DNA of 62,971 nt, counting the filler, from Welwitschia mirabilis (Eukaryota): the NCBI GenBank assembly GCA_051453625.1. It is 5 parts of one record of this genome, joined end to end, with 100 filler letters (N's around TTAATTAATTAA, not from the genome) between each part and the next. Parts side by side here need not be neighbours in the genome. Positions count along the whole stretch, not along the records: positions 48,633 to 57,445 come from JBOZIK010000001.1; positions 57,546 to 62,971 come from JBOZIK010000001.1; 3 more parts are not named here. One strand, 5' to 3'. The translations under genes and the position numbers were made by a program. Below the pieces are notes generated by a model. That model was not told the origin of the DNA and did no database searches. It saw nothing but the letters and a program-made list of their open reading frames with translations. Positions 50,426 through 62,971 of the stretch are shown one piece after another (within the stretch, counting starts at the first letter, position 1; every line of letters begins with the position of its first letter).

Positions 50426-51608
50426 TAGCTAGATGGGTGCAAGCTAGAAATAGATGAGAGAATCATGTAAATGATATATGGGAATCTAACTAAACTGGGA
50501 ATAACATAAATATAGGTAAAGGATAATAATAATAGTTCTAACTAGGGAAAGATTAATCTTCTTTATTAATAGTATTGCTTAACATAGAAAGGTAAATGTT
50601 GTATAGATTAGAAAGGGTTAGTGGCATCAATCCCTTTCAAACATCTCATAAGGTTGGGAAGATGTCTTTAACGTTCTTGGTTGACAGTTCAGCTATTAAA
50701 GGTGGCTTGTGTCTTTGGGCTTTTCTAATAAGCAAAAAGTCTTGCATTGTTTGTGGGCATAAGATAGAAAATTAGTGTTTCTATTACTTGTTCCTCATTG
50801 TTCACTATTTTATATAACTGTTTTTTAACGACAAAGGTATGGTATAATGTTTGCTAGAAAACATTAGAAGGAAAAGCTTAATTTCTTTAGTAATTTTTTC
50901 AATATAGCACAATTTAGCCCAATTCTCACAAGAAAGGGTTAAAAAATATGAAATCTAGATTCATGTGTCTATTATGGAAATCTATTTTGCCAGTAACGGA
51001 AACTATTTTATAAATCCATATAAAACTAAAACTGAAATCAAAATTGAAATTTTTTATTACATTCATAAGACCCTAAGGATCTTCTGGCAAAAGAAATGTA
51101 CATGACATGTGCTTGAAAGATGTCATTTATAAAGTTGCCCAGAGTCTTGGCTGAACCTTGAAACAATTCAACCAGAGTGGAGTTCACTCATTTCTTCATT
51201 TCAGCCTACGATGGTAGGTAAGACTTATTCTTTATCTTGGATTGTATAGTACATTGCATTGTATCTTCACATCAATGGAATTTTTGCCTAGCATTGCATA
51301 CCAATGAAATTTGAAATTTTATAGCATGATATACATTAACATCTCAAACAATAGACTAAAAATGCCTTCAGTGTCTTCTAATGCATGGCTGCAAGAGACA
51401 CATAATAGCCAAATGAGATCAAAAGGTACTTTAAGATATTTACTGAAAAGAGAAGACATGGCTTTCACAATTAAAGCAAAAGGAGGAATGTTGTGCATTT
51501 AGTTTGCTCCTCTCTTATGTATCTATTGCAGCAAGAGACTCGTAAATGGAAGAAATATGAAAAAGTTTATTTATTATTGAAATGAAATATCTTTGAGATA
51601 AAAAAAAC

Positions 51609-51701
51609 CTGTGAATATTTTGAAATAAAATGTCTTCCTAGCAAGATACCAAAATCTTCAACAGCTAACTGCTCTTCACACTCTTTAGCTTTTGCATAGA
51701 C
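51609..51701 (-). CDS. UOX: Urate oxidase (uricase), internal exon (probably exon 2)
   Basis: tgatag|GTCTATGCA...TATTCACAG|gttttt, 93 nt, VYAKAKECEEQLAVEDFGILLGRHFISKYSQ. Matches plant uricase VYVKAKEC...EEFAILLAKHF...YPQ and splices in phase 0 to the exon starting at 31271. Confidence 0.96.
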
Positions 51702-52964
51702 CTATCAAAAAGAAAATTGAAACTTTAAGTTTTCAACAATTAAAAGGACAAAATTGACTTTTAAAATACGCCTTGAGTTTAAAAGCATTCAATCCAAATC
51801 CCAAGATGTGATTCCTTAATAGGTTATCAATGATTCAAGCAATCAATAAGAGGTGTCCATAACTGAATCAAATATGCTTGAATATGAATCAATGCAATTG
51901 TATAACTGAATATAAAGCAATCAATGATATTGCTGTTCTAAGTTCTCTTACAAATGTGCACAAATACTGGATTTTTAACTTCTTTGAAAAAGAAAACCAA
52001 CTATATTTATTAATTTGGGCAAGGGTTTCATCCAAAAGTGAATAATCCAATAAAAAACTCAACAACTAAATGATTCCGAAATAATAAAAAACTTGATAAG
52101 TCAAGTCTGTCTTGTGTTATGATTGTACACAAAGGACAAATGTGATTTAACAAATCAAATCTATGTTTTGTTTTGTGCAAAAGATTTATCAATAGATAAA
52201 GAACAGCATTGGAGCAGGGTGAACACAGCATTTCCACAAGACGGAAAAGCATTAGGTGAATGATGATTTCAAAAATGAAAGCCCTAGTCAGCCAGAAACC
52301 TACGTTGACCTATATATTTGTCCCTTTTCTCTTCTTTCATCACTCCTGATTTTGAAATTTAGCATTCCCTCTCTTCCTTTCCAAACGATGACAAGACCTA
52401 AGCTTCCAACCAATTATAGGAGAGACCGAGTGCAGGCTTCTAATGAGCCCAACAAATTGTCTCCAACAAAAAAAATCAGCCAAAGCTTAGCAGCACTACT
52501 TCCATAAAAGACCACTTATAGCAAAAAGGACAGTTAACGCAGATTCTTTCAGAAATTGAGATTCCCTCCGGTCTATTTCTGATTTCACTAGGTTACCATA
52601 TGTAGGGGAGGAATTTTAGTTTTGCTGAATTGAATATTTACATGAATTAGTAGATAAGAATGAGATTTCTTAAACCTTTTGTAGGAAGGCAATTTAGTGG
52701 AAGCATGTCATTTCAACTAGATGGCCACTTCCTAAATTCAAAGTTCTTGAGTTATTAGTTCTTGCAATTTCCTTTGAAATTTGGAGCACTGAGACAAGGT
52801 TGACCATATATGGCTTACACTTGGTACGTTCATAACAAAAATAAGTTTAATTTGCCATGCATGATTTTCTCACACATGATTTACCACTCTCAATGCTCAT
52901 TAGCATAGCTCTTCTATGTGGTGCCTTATTTTAGATATTCTCTTAGACAGGGATGTGCAATAAT

Positions 52965-53464
52965 TATAGTTGTAAAATGCAAATAGGATCACAAATCGTT
53001 TCTTTTGGATTTGGAGATTCCTGATTGCCAGATTACTCTAGAGCCTTTTATGGATTGTTGTGGATTGCAAACATGGAAAAACCTTAGTTGAATTTACAAC
53101 TTAATGAAACCAATCTAATCTTTAATTGGAATGAAAAATTAAAGCTTTTGTAGTGCCTTCCTACTTATTGTTCACTTTACACCTACTTGGGAATGTCAAA
53201 TTGATTAAAATATTCGATGTATGCTAGGTTAGGACTTCAAAAAATAGCAAACCACTCTAGATCTTTCTGGATCTCTACAGATCTCTTAGGATCTATGCAG
53301 ATCACATCGGATCATTGTGGAGGAAGTCCTCTCGAATTGTGATCTAGAGCCTTTGTATTGAGATCTAGAGGAAATCGAGATTCACAATCAATTCAAAGCC
53401 TTTTTTCTGGATTGAGATCCTAGTTGCCCTAGATTGTGATTCATATTTCCACTTCACAACTATG
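52965..53464. mobile_element. About 0.5-kb non-autonomous TIR element (hAT-like MITE), copy 2
   Basis: TIRs TATAGTTGTAAAATG / CACTTCACAACTATG. Shares CAAACATGG(G/A)AAAACCTTA...GTTGAATTTA and AAATAGCAAACC...GATCT blocks with 9555-10062. Confidence 0.72.
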
Positions 53465-53781
53465 CCAACAAGTGCCTTCAAAGGTACTAGGACTTCTACC
53501 TCTTCTAATGGTAAGGACTTTTTGGTGTTGTTGATAAAGCTCCTAAGTGTGTATTTTCCCTTCTCATGCACACTGATTATAGGACTCATCATATTTTAGA
53601 GGCTCTTTGTCATAATGGAGTTTCAAGTTGTCAAAGTTAGAGATCAAGTCTGATACTTCATAGGCTTGTTAGTAAATAGGACCTATTTGTTATGTGCATA
53701 CCTTTTCCATCTTTTTGTCCATCCTCCTCTCGCTTGACGTTGTGAACCGACTTCTCAACATTATTTCTTTTTTTTTTTAAC

Positions 53782-54506
53782 CTACTTCTCATCAGGAAGC
53801 ATTCCAATGATGAAAAGGAAGAAACCTACATCCTGCTCAAGAACTCAAAAGTCAAAGTAATATCCCTAGCTAACTCTCATGATCTGGTTGATCCAAAAGA
53901 TCTCAGCAAGCAAATTAACCACGTTCAGATTGTGGTACATCCCTTTTTTTTTGTGGGACATTCAATTGTTATCAGCCACTCAAAAAGGCTAATTATAGCA
54001 CGGGACATCCCAAGTTTTCTATGGAACATCTAGGGTACACAGGGCTAAGATCTAAAATGAGACTAGGATATCCCCGATTTTCTGTGGGAGGTCCAAGGTG
54101 CACCAGATTGAAACCTAAGTAGAGGCTAAGAGGCCCAAGATTTTTAGGGGAACATCCGGGAGGCAAAGCAAGGTGAACATTGGGGCAGAAATCCATTGTC
54201 GAAACTGATAGAGTTAGTTCATTTAATCTTCAACTACCTCCAACAGCTACAAGGTTTGTATCTAGGGGCACTTAGTCCAAGGCTACCTATTTTTTATGTC
54301 TAGTAACTCCTTCTTATTGTATTGATTATAAATAGTCTATAATTTGGTGAAAGATGAGATAGATACTATGAAAAGGATTCTCAAGTACCATCTTTGTATT
54401 CGATTTTTGTCTGTCTGGTATTTTGATCTAAACTGAGCACATTCTTATCTCTTGATTATATTTTAAGCTAATGTCAAGTGCATTGAAGGCACATTCTCAT
54501 TAGAAC
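53782..54506 (+). mobile_element. Truncated Sirevirus-type LTR
   Basis: Starts ...GGAAGCATTCCAATGATG, has GGGACATCC-like motifs and TATAAATAG near 54327, and is cut by a second LTR start at 54507. Confidence 0.55.
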
Positions 54507-57445
54507 TGTTGAGTAAAGGTCTATTTCAATGCTAAAAGGATAGAACTCCTTCTAGAACGAAGTCCCAGCACGAGAATGTAAGAAAGAAAAATCGAAATCC
54601 CTCAGGCCAGGCTTTGGGAGTTAAGGATCTTTCATTGAATGTATTGGAACGTCCGATTACTCAGCCTAGAATGTCCGACCCTGTAAGTTGTCCTTTATAT
54701 TGGGATGTCCGACCTCTCAGCTAGAAACGTCCGACTCTGTATACTGTCTCTTTGTATTGGGACGTCCAACTCTATAACCCAGGATGTCCAACCCTGTAAT
54801 CTGTCACATATATGAGGACGTCCGAATATCCTGCTTGGGACGTCCAGACTCTGTCTCAGTTCTCTGTCAAAGTTTCCGGTTAAAAATGGGACGTCCGGCA
54901 ATTCTTCTTGGGACGTCCGGCTAGCTATCCGTTTGAACGTTGTACACGCTTTTCAAAGCACAAATGGCTAAGAAGGGGTTTTCTCTAGCTCTCTATCCAA
55001 TCCAAAGGTCTCCTAGGGTTTTTATGTATTAGGAAACTATATATGTCAAGATCAAAGAATATCAAAGCACCTAATTTTTGAAAAAGCATCAAAAGGGCAG
55101 TGGATACTAGATTTTGTTTATCTGAAGAGAGTACTCTTGATCTAAACTATTGTACTTCTTCTTCTTCTTTGATTGTATTCCTCGCTGATGAATCAAAGCT
55201 CATAGGCTTATACTCCATTAGATCTCTTCTGAACACTTTCTAGAGTTACTCAAGAAGGAGCAAGCTTTGTAATTGAAGCCCTAGCCAAGGGTGGTTGTGT
55301 TGTTGCACAATGTTAATTAAGGGAACCAAGAGGCTGAAGACTTGTGCTGCCTCTTGTGAGTAGAGTAGGCTTGGAGAGTTGANNNNNNNNNNNNNNNNNN
55401 NNNNNNNNNNNNNNNNNNNNNNNNNNNNNNNNNNNNNNNNNNNNNNNNNNNNNNNNNNNNNNNNNNNNNNNNNNNNNNNNNNNNNNNNNNNNNNNNNNNN
55501 NNNNNNNNNNNNNNNNNNNNNNNNNNNNNNNNNNNNNNNNNNNNNNNNNNNNNNNNNNNNNNNNNNNNNNNNNNNNNNNNNNNNNNNNNNNNNNNNNNNN
55601 NNNNNNNNNNNNNNNNNNNNNNNNNNNNNNNNNNNNNNNNNNNNNNNNNNNNNNNNNNNNNNNNNNNNNNNNNNNNNNNNNNNNNNNNNNNNNNNNNNNN
55701 NNNNNNNNNNNNNNNNNNNNNNNNNNNNNNNNNNNNNNNNNNNNNNNNNNNNNNNNNNNTGATAAACGGGCTGCGCAAATGAATGCTAAGGCCATGAACG
55801 CTTTGATATGTGCTTTATCATCAGAAGAATACAATCAGGTGGTTCAGTGCACAACGGCTCAAGAAATATGGGAGACCTTAAGAGTTGCTCATGAAGGAAC
55901 AAGTGTAGTGAAGAATGCCAAACTGCAAATGTTAGCAACTCAGTTCGAAAACATAAAAATGGAAGATTCAGAATCAGTTGCAGAATATACTTCAAAGATA
56001 AATGACATAGTGAATGGCATGTGGGGGTTAGGAGAAGTCGTACCTCAAAATCGAGTTGTGAGAAAAATTCTTAGAAGTCTCACAAAGAAATTCAGACCCA
56101 AGATCACTACCATTGAGGAGAGTAAGGATATTGATCTCATCAAAATTGAAGAACTAAAAGGTTTACTTATGGCTTATGAGGCATCCTTACAGGCAAAGGA
56201 GGACCATCCAAAACGGAGAAACATAGCTCTTAAAGCTCAATCAAATGCGGACGAAGACTCTCAATCAAGTGAGGAACCTGAAGATGGTGATCTAGCTCTC
56301 TTAGCAAAGAACTTCAAACAATTTCTCAAGAAGAAAGGAGGAAGATCGTCGTGGCAACATTTTCGAAAAGATATGGACAAAGGTAAGAATTCCTCTAGTT
56401 CAATACAATGTTCTGAATGTAAGGAATTTGGTCACATTGCCTCTAAATGTGTTAACAAGCAAAAGGATAAGTCTTCCAAGGCAAAAGGAAAGAAAGCTCT
56501 GAAAGTTAAATGGGATGAAGACGACTGTAGTTCTCCTTCAAGCGATAAAGAAGGTTGTATTAACTTTGGCCTTATCTCCTTAACCGAAGAAGTAAGTAAC
56601 TTTGTTGATCTAGTTCCTTTAGCTGATATATTAGAAACACGTGATTATGAAAGTGATGTCGATATTAATGATGATCTATCTAGTGCCTATGAAAGATTAT
56701 ATCATATTAGTCTAGATCTTGGAAAGAAAAATTTGTGTCTTANNNNNNNNNNNNNNNNNNNNNNNNNNNNNNNNNNNNNNNNNNNNNNNNNNNNNNNNNN
56801 NNNNNNNNNNNNNNNNNNNNNNNNNNNNNNNNNNNNNNNNNNTTTGTGTCTTAAGAAGTAGCTGAGTGATCTTGAAGGGAAACTAAAAGAGGCTTCCCTA
56901 AAGATAGAATCTCTTCAGAAGGATCTAGTTCTAGCTCAAGGAACAGCTGAACGTCTTACCAATGGGAAGGAAAATCTAGATCGTCTTCTAGGATTGGGAA
57001 GAAGAGCAAATGACAAATATGACATTGGTTCGACTTCTAGTATATTTCCCACTCAAAGATTTTTTGGTCCAAGTGTTAAATATNNNNNNNNNNNNNNNNN
57101 NNNNNNNNNNNNNNNNNNNNNNNNNNNNNNNNNNNNNNNNNNNNNNNNNNNNNNNNNNNNNNNNNNNNNNNNNNNNNNNNNNNCACTCAAAGATTTTTTG
57201 GTCCAAGTGTTAAATATCGTTCTTTTGGTATTTCTACGCTACGGTGCTACTTTTGTCAAGAATATGATCATATCTAGTATTCTTGCCCTTATAGAAAATC
57301 TCAGTATTTTGGTTATAACTACAATTTCAAGTTTCAAGGTGTTTCTCGACATTTAGATAGAAGACCAGTTGCCAAGAAGAGCAATTGGAAATGGGTTAGG
57401 AAGGAAACCACCAAGTCTCTTTTTGCTCATGTAGCATTCAAAGTG
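54507..57445 (+). mobile_element. 5' part of a Sirevirus-like element: LTR and largely intact gag
   Basis: LTR begins TGTTGAG, with a GGACGTCC array at 54640-54930. gag frame is open from 55779 to the gap at 56742 (NAKAMNALICAL...AHEGTSVVK...CSECKEFGHIASKC). Confidence 0.88.
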
Positions 57446-57545
57446 NNNNNNNNNNNNNNNNNNNNNNNNNNNNNNNNNNNNNNNNNNNNTTAATTAATTA
57501 ANNNNNNNNNNNNNNNNNNNNNNNNNNNNNNNNNNNNNNNNNNNN

Positions 57546-58456
57546 CATCCATCTTTACCTTGCACACAATGGATTGGAGAGGGTGATAGACATGATGATA
57601 CTTCTCAAGATGATGCCATACCTTGTGACACTCATGTTCATACTCCCACTGTAGACACAGGACATGCTGATGTTGATGATCATTCTGATGATGATAGTGG
57701 AGATCAGATGCATGACGAGAACATTGCAAGCAATGCATCTTTTGATTCAGAGTCTAGTGATGAAGAGAAGCCCTTGTTTAGTGTGGAGGAATTGGGCATG
57801 CCTCACATGGAAGGTGATCCAGTACCTGTAGCATTTTCACAGCATTCTGCTATCTATCGACCATGGAGGAAGTTGCCAATACATAGGAATGCTAGCGNNN
57901 NNNNNNNNNNNNNNNNNNNNNNNNNNNNNNNNNNNNNNNNNNNNNNNNNNNNNNNNNNNNNNNNNNNNNNNNNNNNNNNNNNNNNNNNNNNNNNNNNNNN
58001 NNNNNNNNNNNNNNNNNNNNNNNNNNNNNNNNNNNNNNNNNNNNNNNNNNNNNNNNNNNNNNNNNNNNNNNNNNNNNNNNNNNNNNNNNNNNNNNNNNNN
58101 NNNNNNNNNNNNNNNNNNNNNNNNNNNNNNNNNNNNNNNNNNNNNNNNNNNNNNNNNNNNNNNNNNNNNNNNNNNNNNNNNNNNNNNNNNNNNNNNNNNN
58201 NNNNNNNNNNNNNNNNNNNNNNNNNNNNNNNNNNNNNNNNNNNNNNNNNNNNNNNNNNNNNNNNNNNNNNNNNNNNNNNNNNNNNNNNNNNNNNNNAGGG
58301 CCAACAGGTGTTTAGTAATGTTTTACATTATTGAAATTAGAGGGGATTAATTTTTTAATGTTTTTTCAAAGCCAACTTTTTTGACCAACTTTTTTGCCGA
58401 CTAGTCTCCCACTCGATGACTCGACTCTTTTTTTGAGATTGCCAATTTTTACTTTC
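57546..58456 (+). mobile_element. Right-end fragment of a hAT-like element
   Basis: An acidic low-complexity frame is followed by CCGACTA/GACTCGAC subterminal motifs and the terminus ...CCGACTATTTAATCATTG, whose complement resembles the 3717 terminus (14/20). It abuts the truncated env-like ORF. Confidence 0.45.
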
Positions 58457-61400
58457 GCCGACTATTTAATCATTGTTTTGAGGTAGACCCTTCTTCTGTG
58501 CGCTGCTTCTTCTTCAAAGGGGGTGAAGGCCCAATTACTTCTAAGAAAATATTCATTTTCTTTAGGAAAAAAAGATCCAAGTGGCTTCGACACCTTTACT
58601 AACTATTCATCTTTTTGAATAATGAACCGATGGTTTTCAAGAATAGTTGTAATTAAACCCCCGAATGGTAGGCTGGAGTGACTGGCCATGAAAAACTGAC
58701 TAATATCATACATAATAAATTTACAGAAGTTGATTTTGACACCTCTACCTAAGCAGAACATAATATAAGCAAGGCCGGTAACGCTTTATGCTTGTGTCTG
58801 AGCTTGGGAACCAAGTTATGAATAGAAATCTAAAAAATAACTCGGTCAAAAGGTTTTAACTGATTTGTTAGAATATTAGCTCACCAACTAACTCTTTTAC
58901 CGCATAATTCTGTTGTAATTACATCTTTAGATACTGCCTCTTGAAGGAAGGCCACCGAATTAATCTCTCTAAAAAACCTATCATTTGGAAAACTAGTGAT
59001 TAAGGAAATAGTTTCTAAATCTACTTCTACTGTCTATCCATATACTTTAGAAACTAACTTCAAATTACTTTTATCAAAAATGCCATTATAGTAAAATAAC
59101 TGTACCATTTTTACTGAAGCCCGGGTAGCTGGACTGAGAGCATACATCCAACCTTGCTTTGTGAATTGGGCTCTAACCTAAGCTCATGACGAAAACAATG
59201 GAAGTCTATGCTTCTCTCTAGAGCTAAAGGCCTTTTTGAGAAGCACCCAAGCCATTTCTTCCTATGCTTGGGTGAAAGAAATCAATCTGCTTCTGAGGCT
59301 GGCTCCTTTCCTTTTCTGGATGTGGAGAATTTAGACTTCACCATGATAAAGGAGTCCAAGAGAGTAAGAGAAGCTCAAAGTAGGCGAGAGAGAACTAAGA
59401 AGAATGAAGGATGAAGAATAAAAAAATGAAAAAGAAGAAGGCATTTTATAAAACTTAATGGGGCGTCCGCGGGTTTGCGCCCGTGTCACTGCTGGACGTT
59501 CGGCTTTTTAATTTGGGATGTCCGGGTTTTAAAAAACTTGCTTACTAAAACATTTTTCTCGGATGTCCGAAGGCATGGGGTGGGATATCCGAGCAATAGC
59601 TCGGTTTTGACAAATAATTAACGATTGAACATCAGACTAATGGGACACCTAGGATAAGATTTAGTACAAAGAAAGTTTATTCTTAGTCGACATCTGACTA
59701 AAGGATTGGGACATCCGAAAATGACCAGAATTTCAATACAAAAGTAGGGGCATTTACTGGAACTAATTTCAGATGATGACAAATGTAGGGTCAAAAAATT
59801 TTCATAAATTATATTGAAGGGGAATTGTTCCCAAAACCAAGTTGTGTAAAAAACAAGAATTTTTTTTCACTTAAGCTCTTGGTCATGATGTCTGCAATTT
59901 GTTTATCAGTTGGAATGTATTCAAGAGTGATATTGTCATTTTGAACATGTTCTCTAATGAAGTGATATCTAATATCTATATGTTTGGTTCTCCAGTGCTG
60001 AACAGGGTTCTTGGTTATGTTTACTGCACTATTATTGTCACAATAAATTTTGATTTTGTCAGGTTTTACCCCAAAGTGAGTCATCATTTGCTTCATCCAA
60101 AGCAACTGAGTATAGCATGCTCCTGCTCCTATGTATTCAGCTTCAGCAGTGGACAAAGATGTTGTGGTTTACTTTCTACTTAACCAAGAANNNNNNNNNN
60201 TTCTGTCATTGACACAACTTGCCCAATCAGCATCACTGTATCCTATTAGATCTAATGTCTTGTTGTAACCATATCAAAGACCGCAGTTCTGTGTGAACTT
60301 TAGATGCCTTAGGATTCTTTTGACATGGTTAGGATGTGATTCTCTAGGATCAGCTTGATATCAAGCACAGACTCCAACACTATGGCAATGTCAGTTTGGC
60401 TAGCAGTGACATAAAATAAGCTTCCTATAAGACCTCGATACAACTTCTGATCCACTTTCTTTCCAAGTTTGTCTTTGCTTACTTTAACACTTGTGGATAT
60501 AGAAGTCGAGGTCTCTTTGCATTCAGTCATGTTATATTTGGCAAGAATATCATGAACGTACTTAGATTGACAAATAAAAATTCCATTCTTCTTTTGTTTT
60601 ATTTGCAGACCTAACAAAAAATTTAATTCTCCCACTAGCTCATTTCAAATTCATTTTGCATGAGGTTGGTAAAATCCAAAGCAAGAGAGTCCTTAGTGGA
60701 ACCGAAAATGATATCATCTCCATAGATCTGGGCTATAAGAATGTTTTCTTTATTTTTTTTAATAAATAGAGTTGGATCAGCACTACCCTTTCAAAAACTG
60801 TTGTCTAAGAGGAAGGAATTCAATCTATTAAACCAAGCTCTAACGGCTTGCTTTAAACCATACAAGTCCTTATGTCACTTATAAACATAATTAGGAAATT
60901 TGGAATCAATAAAACCTAGAGGTTGAGCAACAAAGACTTCTTTATTTATAAAACCATTTAAAAATACGCTTTTGACATCCATTTTAAATAATTTTATTTA
61001 ATAAAAACATGCATAGGCTAGCAACATATGCATAGCTTCTAACCTGGCAACAGAAGCAAATGTCTCAACGTAATCAACCCCTTCTTATTGGCAGTATCCT
61101 TAAACTACTAATCTCTCTTTGTTCTGAATGATGTTGTGACCTTCATCTCTCTTTTTCTTGAATACCCATTTTGTACCAATAAGATGCTTTTCTTTTGGCC
61201 AAGGGACTAGGGTCCACAGTTTTTTTGGTTCAAACTAATTAAGTTCCTTTTGCATGGCTAATATCCATGACTCATCATTTTCTGCTTCATGACAAGTCTT
61301 TGGTTCAATGCTAGATAAAAAATAAAGGAAAAACTTTGGTTGATGTGCTTACCACTTATAATAGTAGTTCCTTCAAAAGGATCACTTAAGATGGCGTCTT

Positions 61401-62971
61401 CATGGTAATCCTTTCTGGTTCTTATTGGGAGAGAGGAACATCTTTGACCATCTTGAGAGGAATCAATCTAAGAGGGAGTAGAGGATCTGGTGTTAGAAAA
61501 ATGCAGCAGAGCAAAAGCAAAATGCAAATATCAACACACCAGATTTACGTGGAAAACCCCAATNNNNNNNNNNNNNNNNNNNNNNNNNNNNNNNNNNNNN
61601 NNNNNNNNNNNNNNNNNNNNNNNNNNNNNNNNNNNNNNNNNNNNNNNNNNNNNNNNNNNNNNNCTATCTTTCCCTACACTACATGGGTTAGATTCATCAA
61701 TCTTAATATGAACAGTTTCCTCAACCTTACAAGAGGATTTATTGAATACTCAATATGCTTTGCTTGAAATAGAATAACCAATAAAAATACCATCATCTGA
61801 TTTTGATTTTTGTTTTTGAGAATAGAGCATTTACTTCCGAATACTCTAAAGTAATATACATTTGGTTTCTTACCATCCCATAGTTCATATGCTATCTTCA
61901 TTGTACCTGTTCTCAAGAAGACTGTATTACTCACATAGCATGCAGTATTTATAGCTTGAGCCTCAAAGTGATGAGGCAGGTCAAACTCATTTAGCATAGT
62001 TTGAGCCATCTCAAGTAGCACTCTGTTCTTTCGTTTAGCAACTCCATTTTGTTGAGGAGTTCTTGGTGTTGAAACTAATGTTGTATTCCATCTGTATCAT
62101 AGAACTTCTCAAATTTTTCACTTTCAAATTCAACACCATGGTCAGATCGAATTTGCTTGATGTTGTACCCTTTTTCATTCTTTATTTTCCTGCAAACTTT
62201 GACAAATAGATCAAATGTCTCATCCTTACTAAATAGGAATGAGACCCAATAGAAGCGAGAGAAATCATCCACCATAACAAAACAATATTTCTTACCTCCT
62301 AAACTCCTTAATTGAGTTGGCCCAGCCATGTCTATATGAATAAGATCAAGAGGTTGTTTGTAGAAATACCTAATTTTGACTTGAAGCTTGATTTGGACTG
62401 TTTACCTTTCATACAAGACTCACACATCCTTGCCTGTTGCACATTAAGCCTGGGAATTCCAGCGACAATTTCCTTGGTTAAAATCATCTTTAGATCTTTA
62501 AGATTCATATGACCTAGCCTTTTGTGCCAAATGTCAACTTCATTTTCCTACACAATAAAACACCTTTCTCCATTCTTGTCTTGGCTGCCAATAACGTACA
62601 TGCACTTTGATGTANNNNNNNNNNNNNNNNNNNNNNNNNNNNNNNNNNNNNNNNNNNNNNNNNNNNNNNNNNNNNNNNNNNNNNNNNNNNNNNNNNNNNN
62701 NNNNNNNNNNNNNNCCTACACAATAAAACACCTTTCTCCATTCTTGTCTTGGCTGCCAATAACATACATGCACTTTGATGTATTGCTAGTCAACATAACA
62801 CGGTTAGTAAAAGCATTTCTAATAACACATTTATCTTTATAAAATGACACAATATTTCCTCCATCACAAATATGGGAAACACTCAAGAAATTGTGCTTTA
62901 GACCATTAACTAAATAAACATCATGAATTTCAGGGTGATACTAGCTTGCAGCAATGGATCCTTTACTGACA
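58457..62971 (-). mobile_element. Sirevirus-like copia internal region: integrase, RT, RNaseH, env-like ORF (degenerate)
   Basis: GKKYCFVMVDDFSRF...IRSDHGVEF (62075-62329), MGELNFLLGLQIKQ (60309-60635), STAEAEYI...TKHIDIRYHFIRE...QIADIMTK (59809-60156). Extra ORF starts ATG 59344 (MVKSKFSTSRKGKEPASE...). Confidence 0.93.
61490..61563 (-). mobile_element. End of an LTR nested in the IN-RT linker (remainder in gap)
   Basis: Starts TGTTAG and contains CACCAGATTTACGTGGAAAACCC, the same motif as the LTRs at about 35640, 19585 and 24355. Confidence 0.65.

Noticed and set aside
35010..50640. Similar segments at 35010-35205 and 50440-50640 as the paired LTRs of one 15-kb element
   Set aside because: Similarity extends past the putative LTR boundary into a PPT-like junction in both copies and no PBS adjoins the second, so two separate copies are more likely.
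57708..58334. 208-aa ORF as a host gene
   Set aside because: Mostly Ns; the real part is acidic low-complexity sequence inside a probable DNA-transposon fragment.
3717..58456. Similar inverted hAT-like termini that could bracket the uricase exons as one 55-kb macro-transposon
   Set aside because: Termini match only 14/20, the flanks (ctctatat / ttttgagg) are not a TSD, and each end interrupts a different copia at a different domain.

Overview
Eukaryotic (land-plant) nuclear DNA from a gapped draft assembly; it is not prokaryotic and has no CRISPR, rRNA or tRNA. The only host coding sequence I can support is four short, in-phase GT-AG exons (371 nt) of a minus-strand urate oxidase (uricase, UOX) gene at 51701-51609, 31271-31196, 25871-25762 and 25663-25572. 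The ORF track captures only one of them in frame. The introns between them are about 20.3 kb, 5.3 kb and 98 bp. The first and last exons are not visible, so the whole 63 kb is probably inside this one gene. Nearly everything else is nested transposons: several Sirevirus-type Ty1/copia elements (GGACGTCC palindrome arrays, multiple PPTs, an extra env-like ORF; one complete 9.9-kb copy), older copia remnants, one RT-less chromodomain Ty3/gypsy element with a TSD, and several hAT-like non-autonomous elements. Four N44-TTAATTAATTAA-N44 spacers and several gaps with duplicated flanks are assembly artefacts. I found no convincing evidence of a new biological system; the most notable points are the giant-intron uricase architecture and details of the TE structure.
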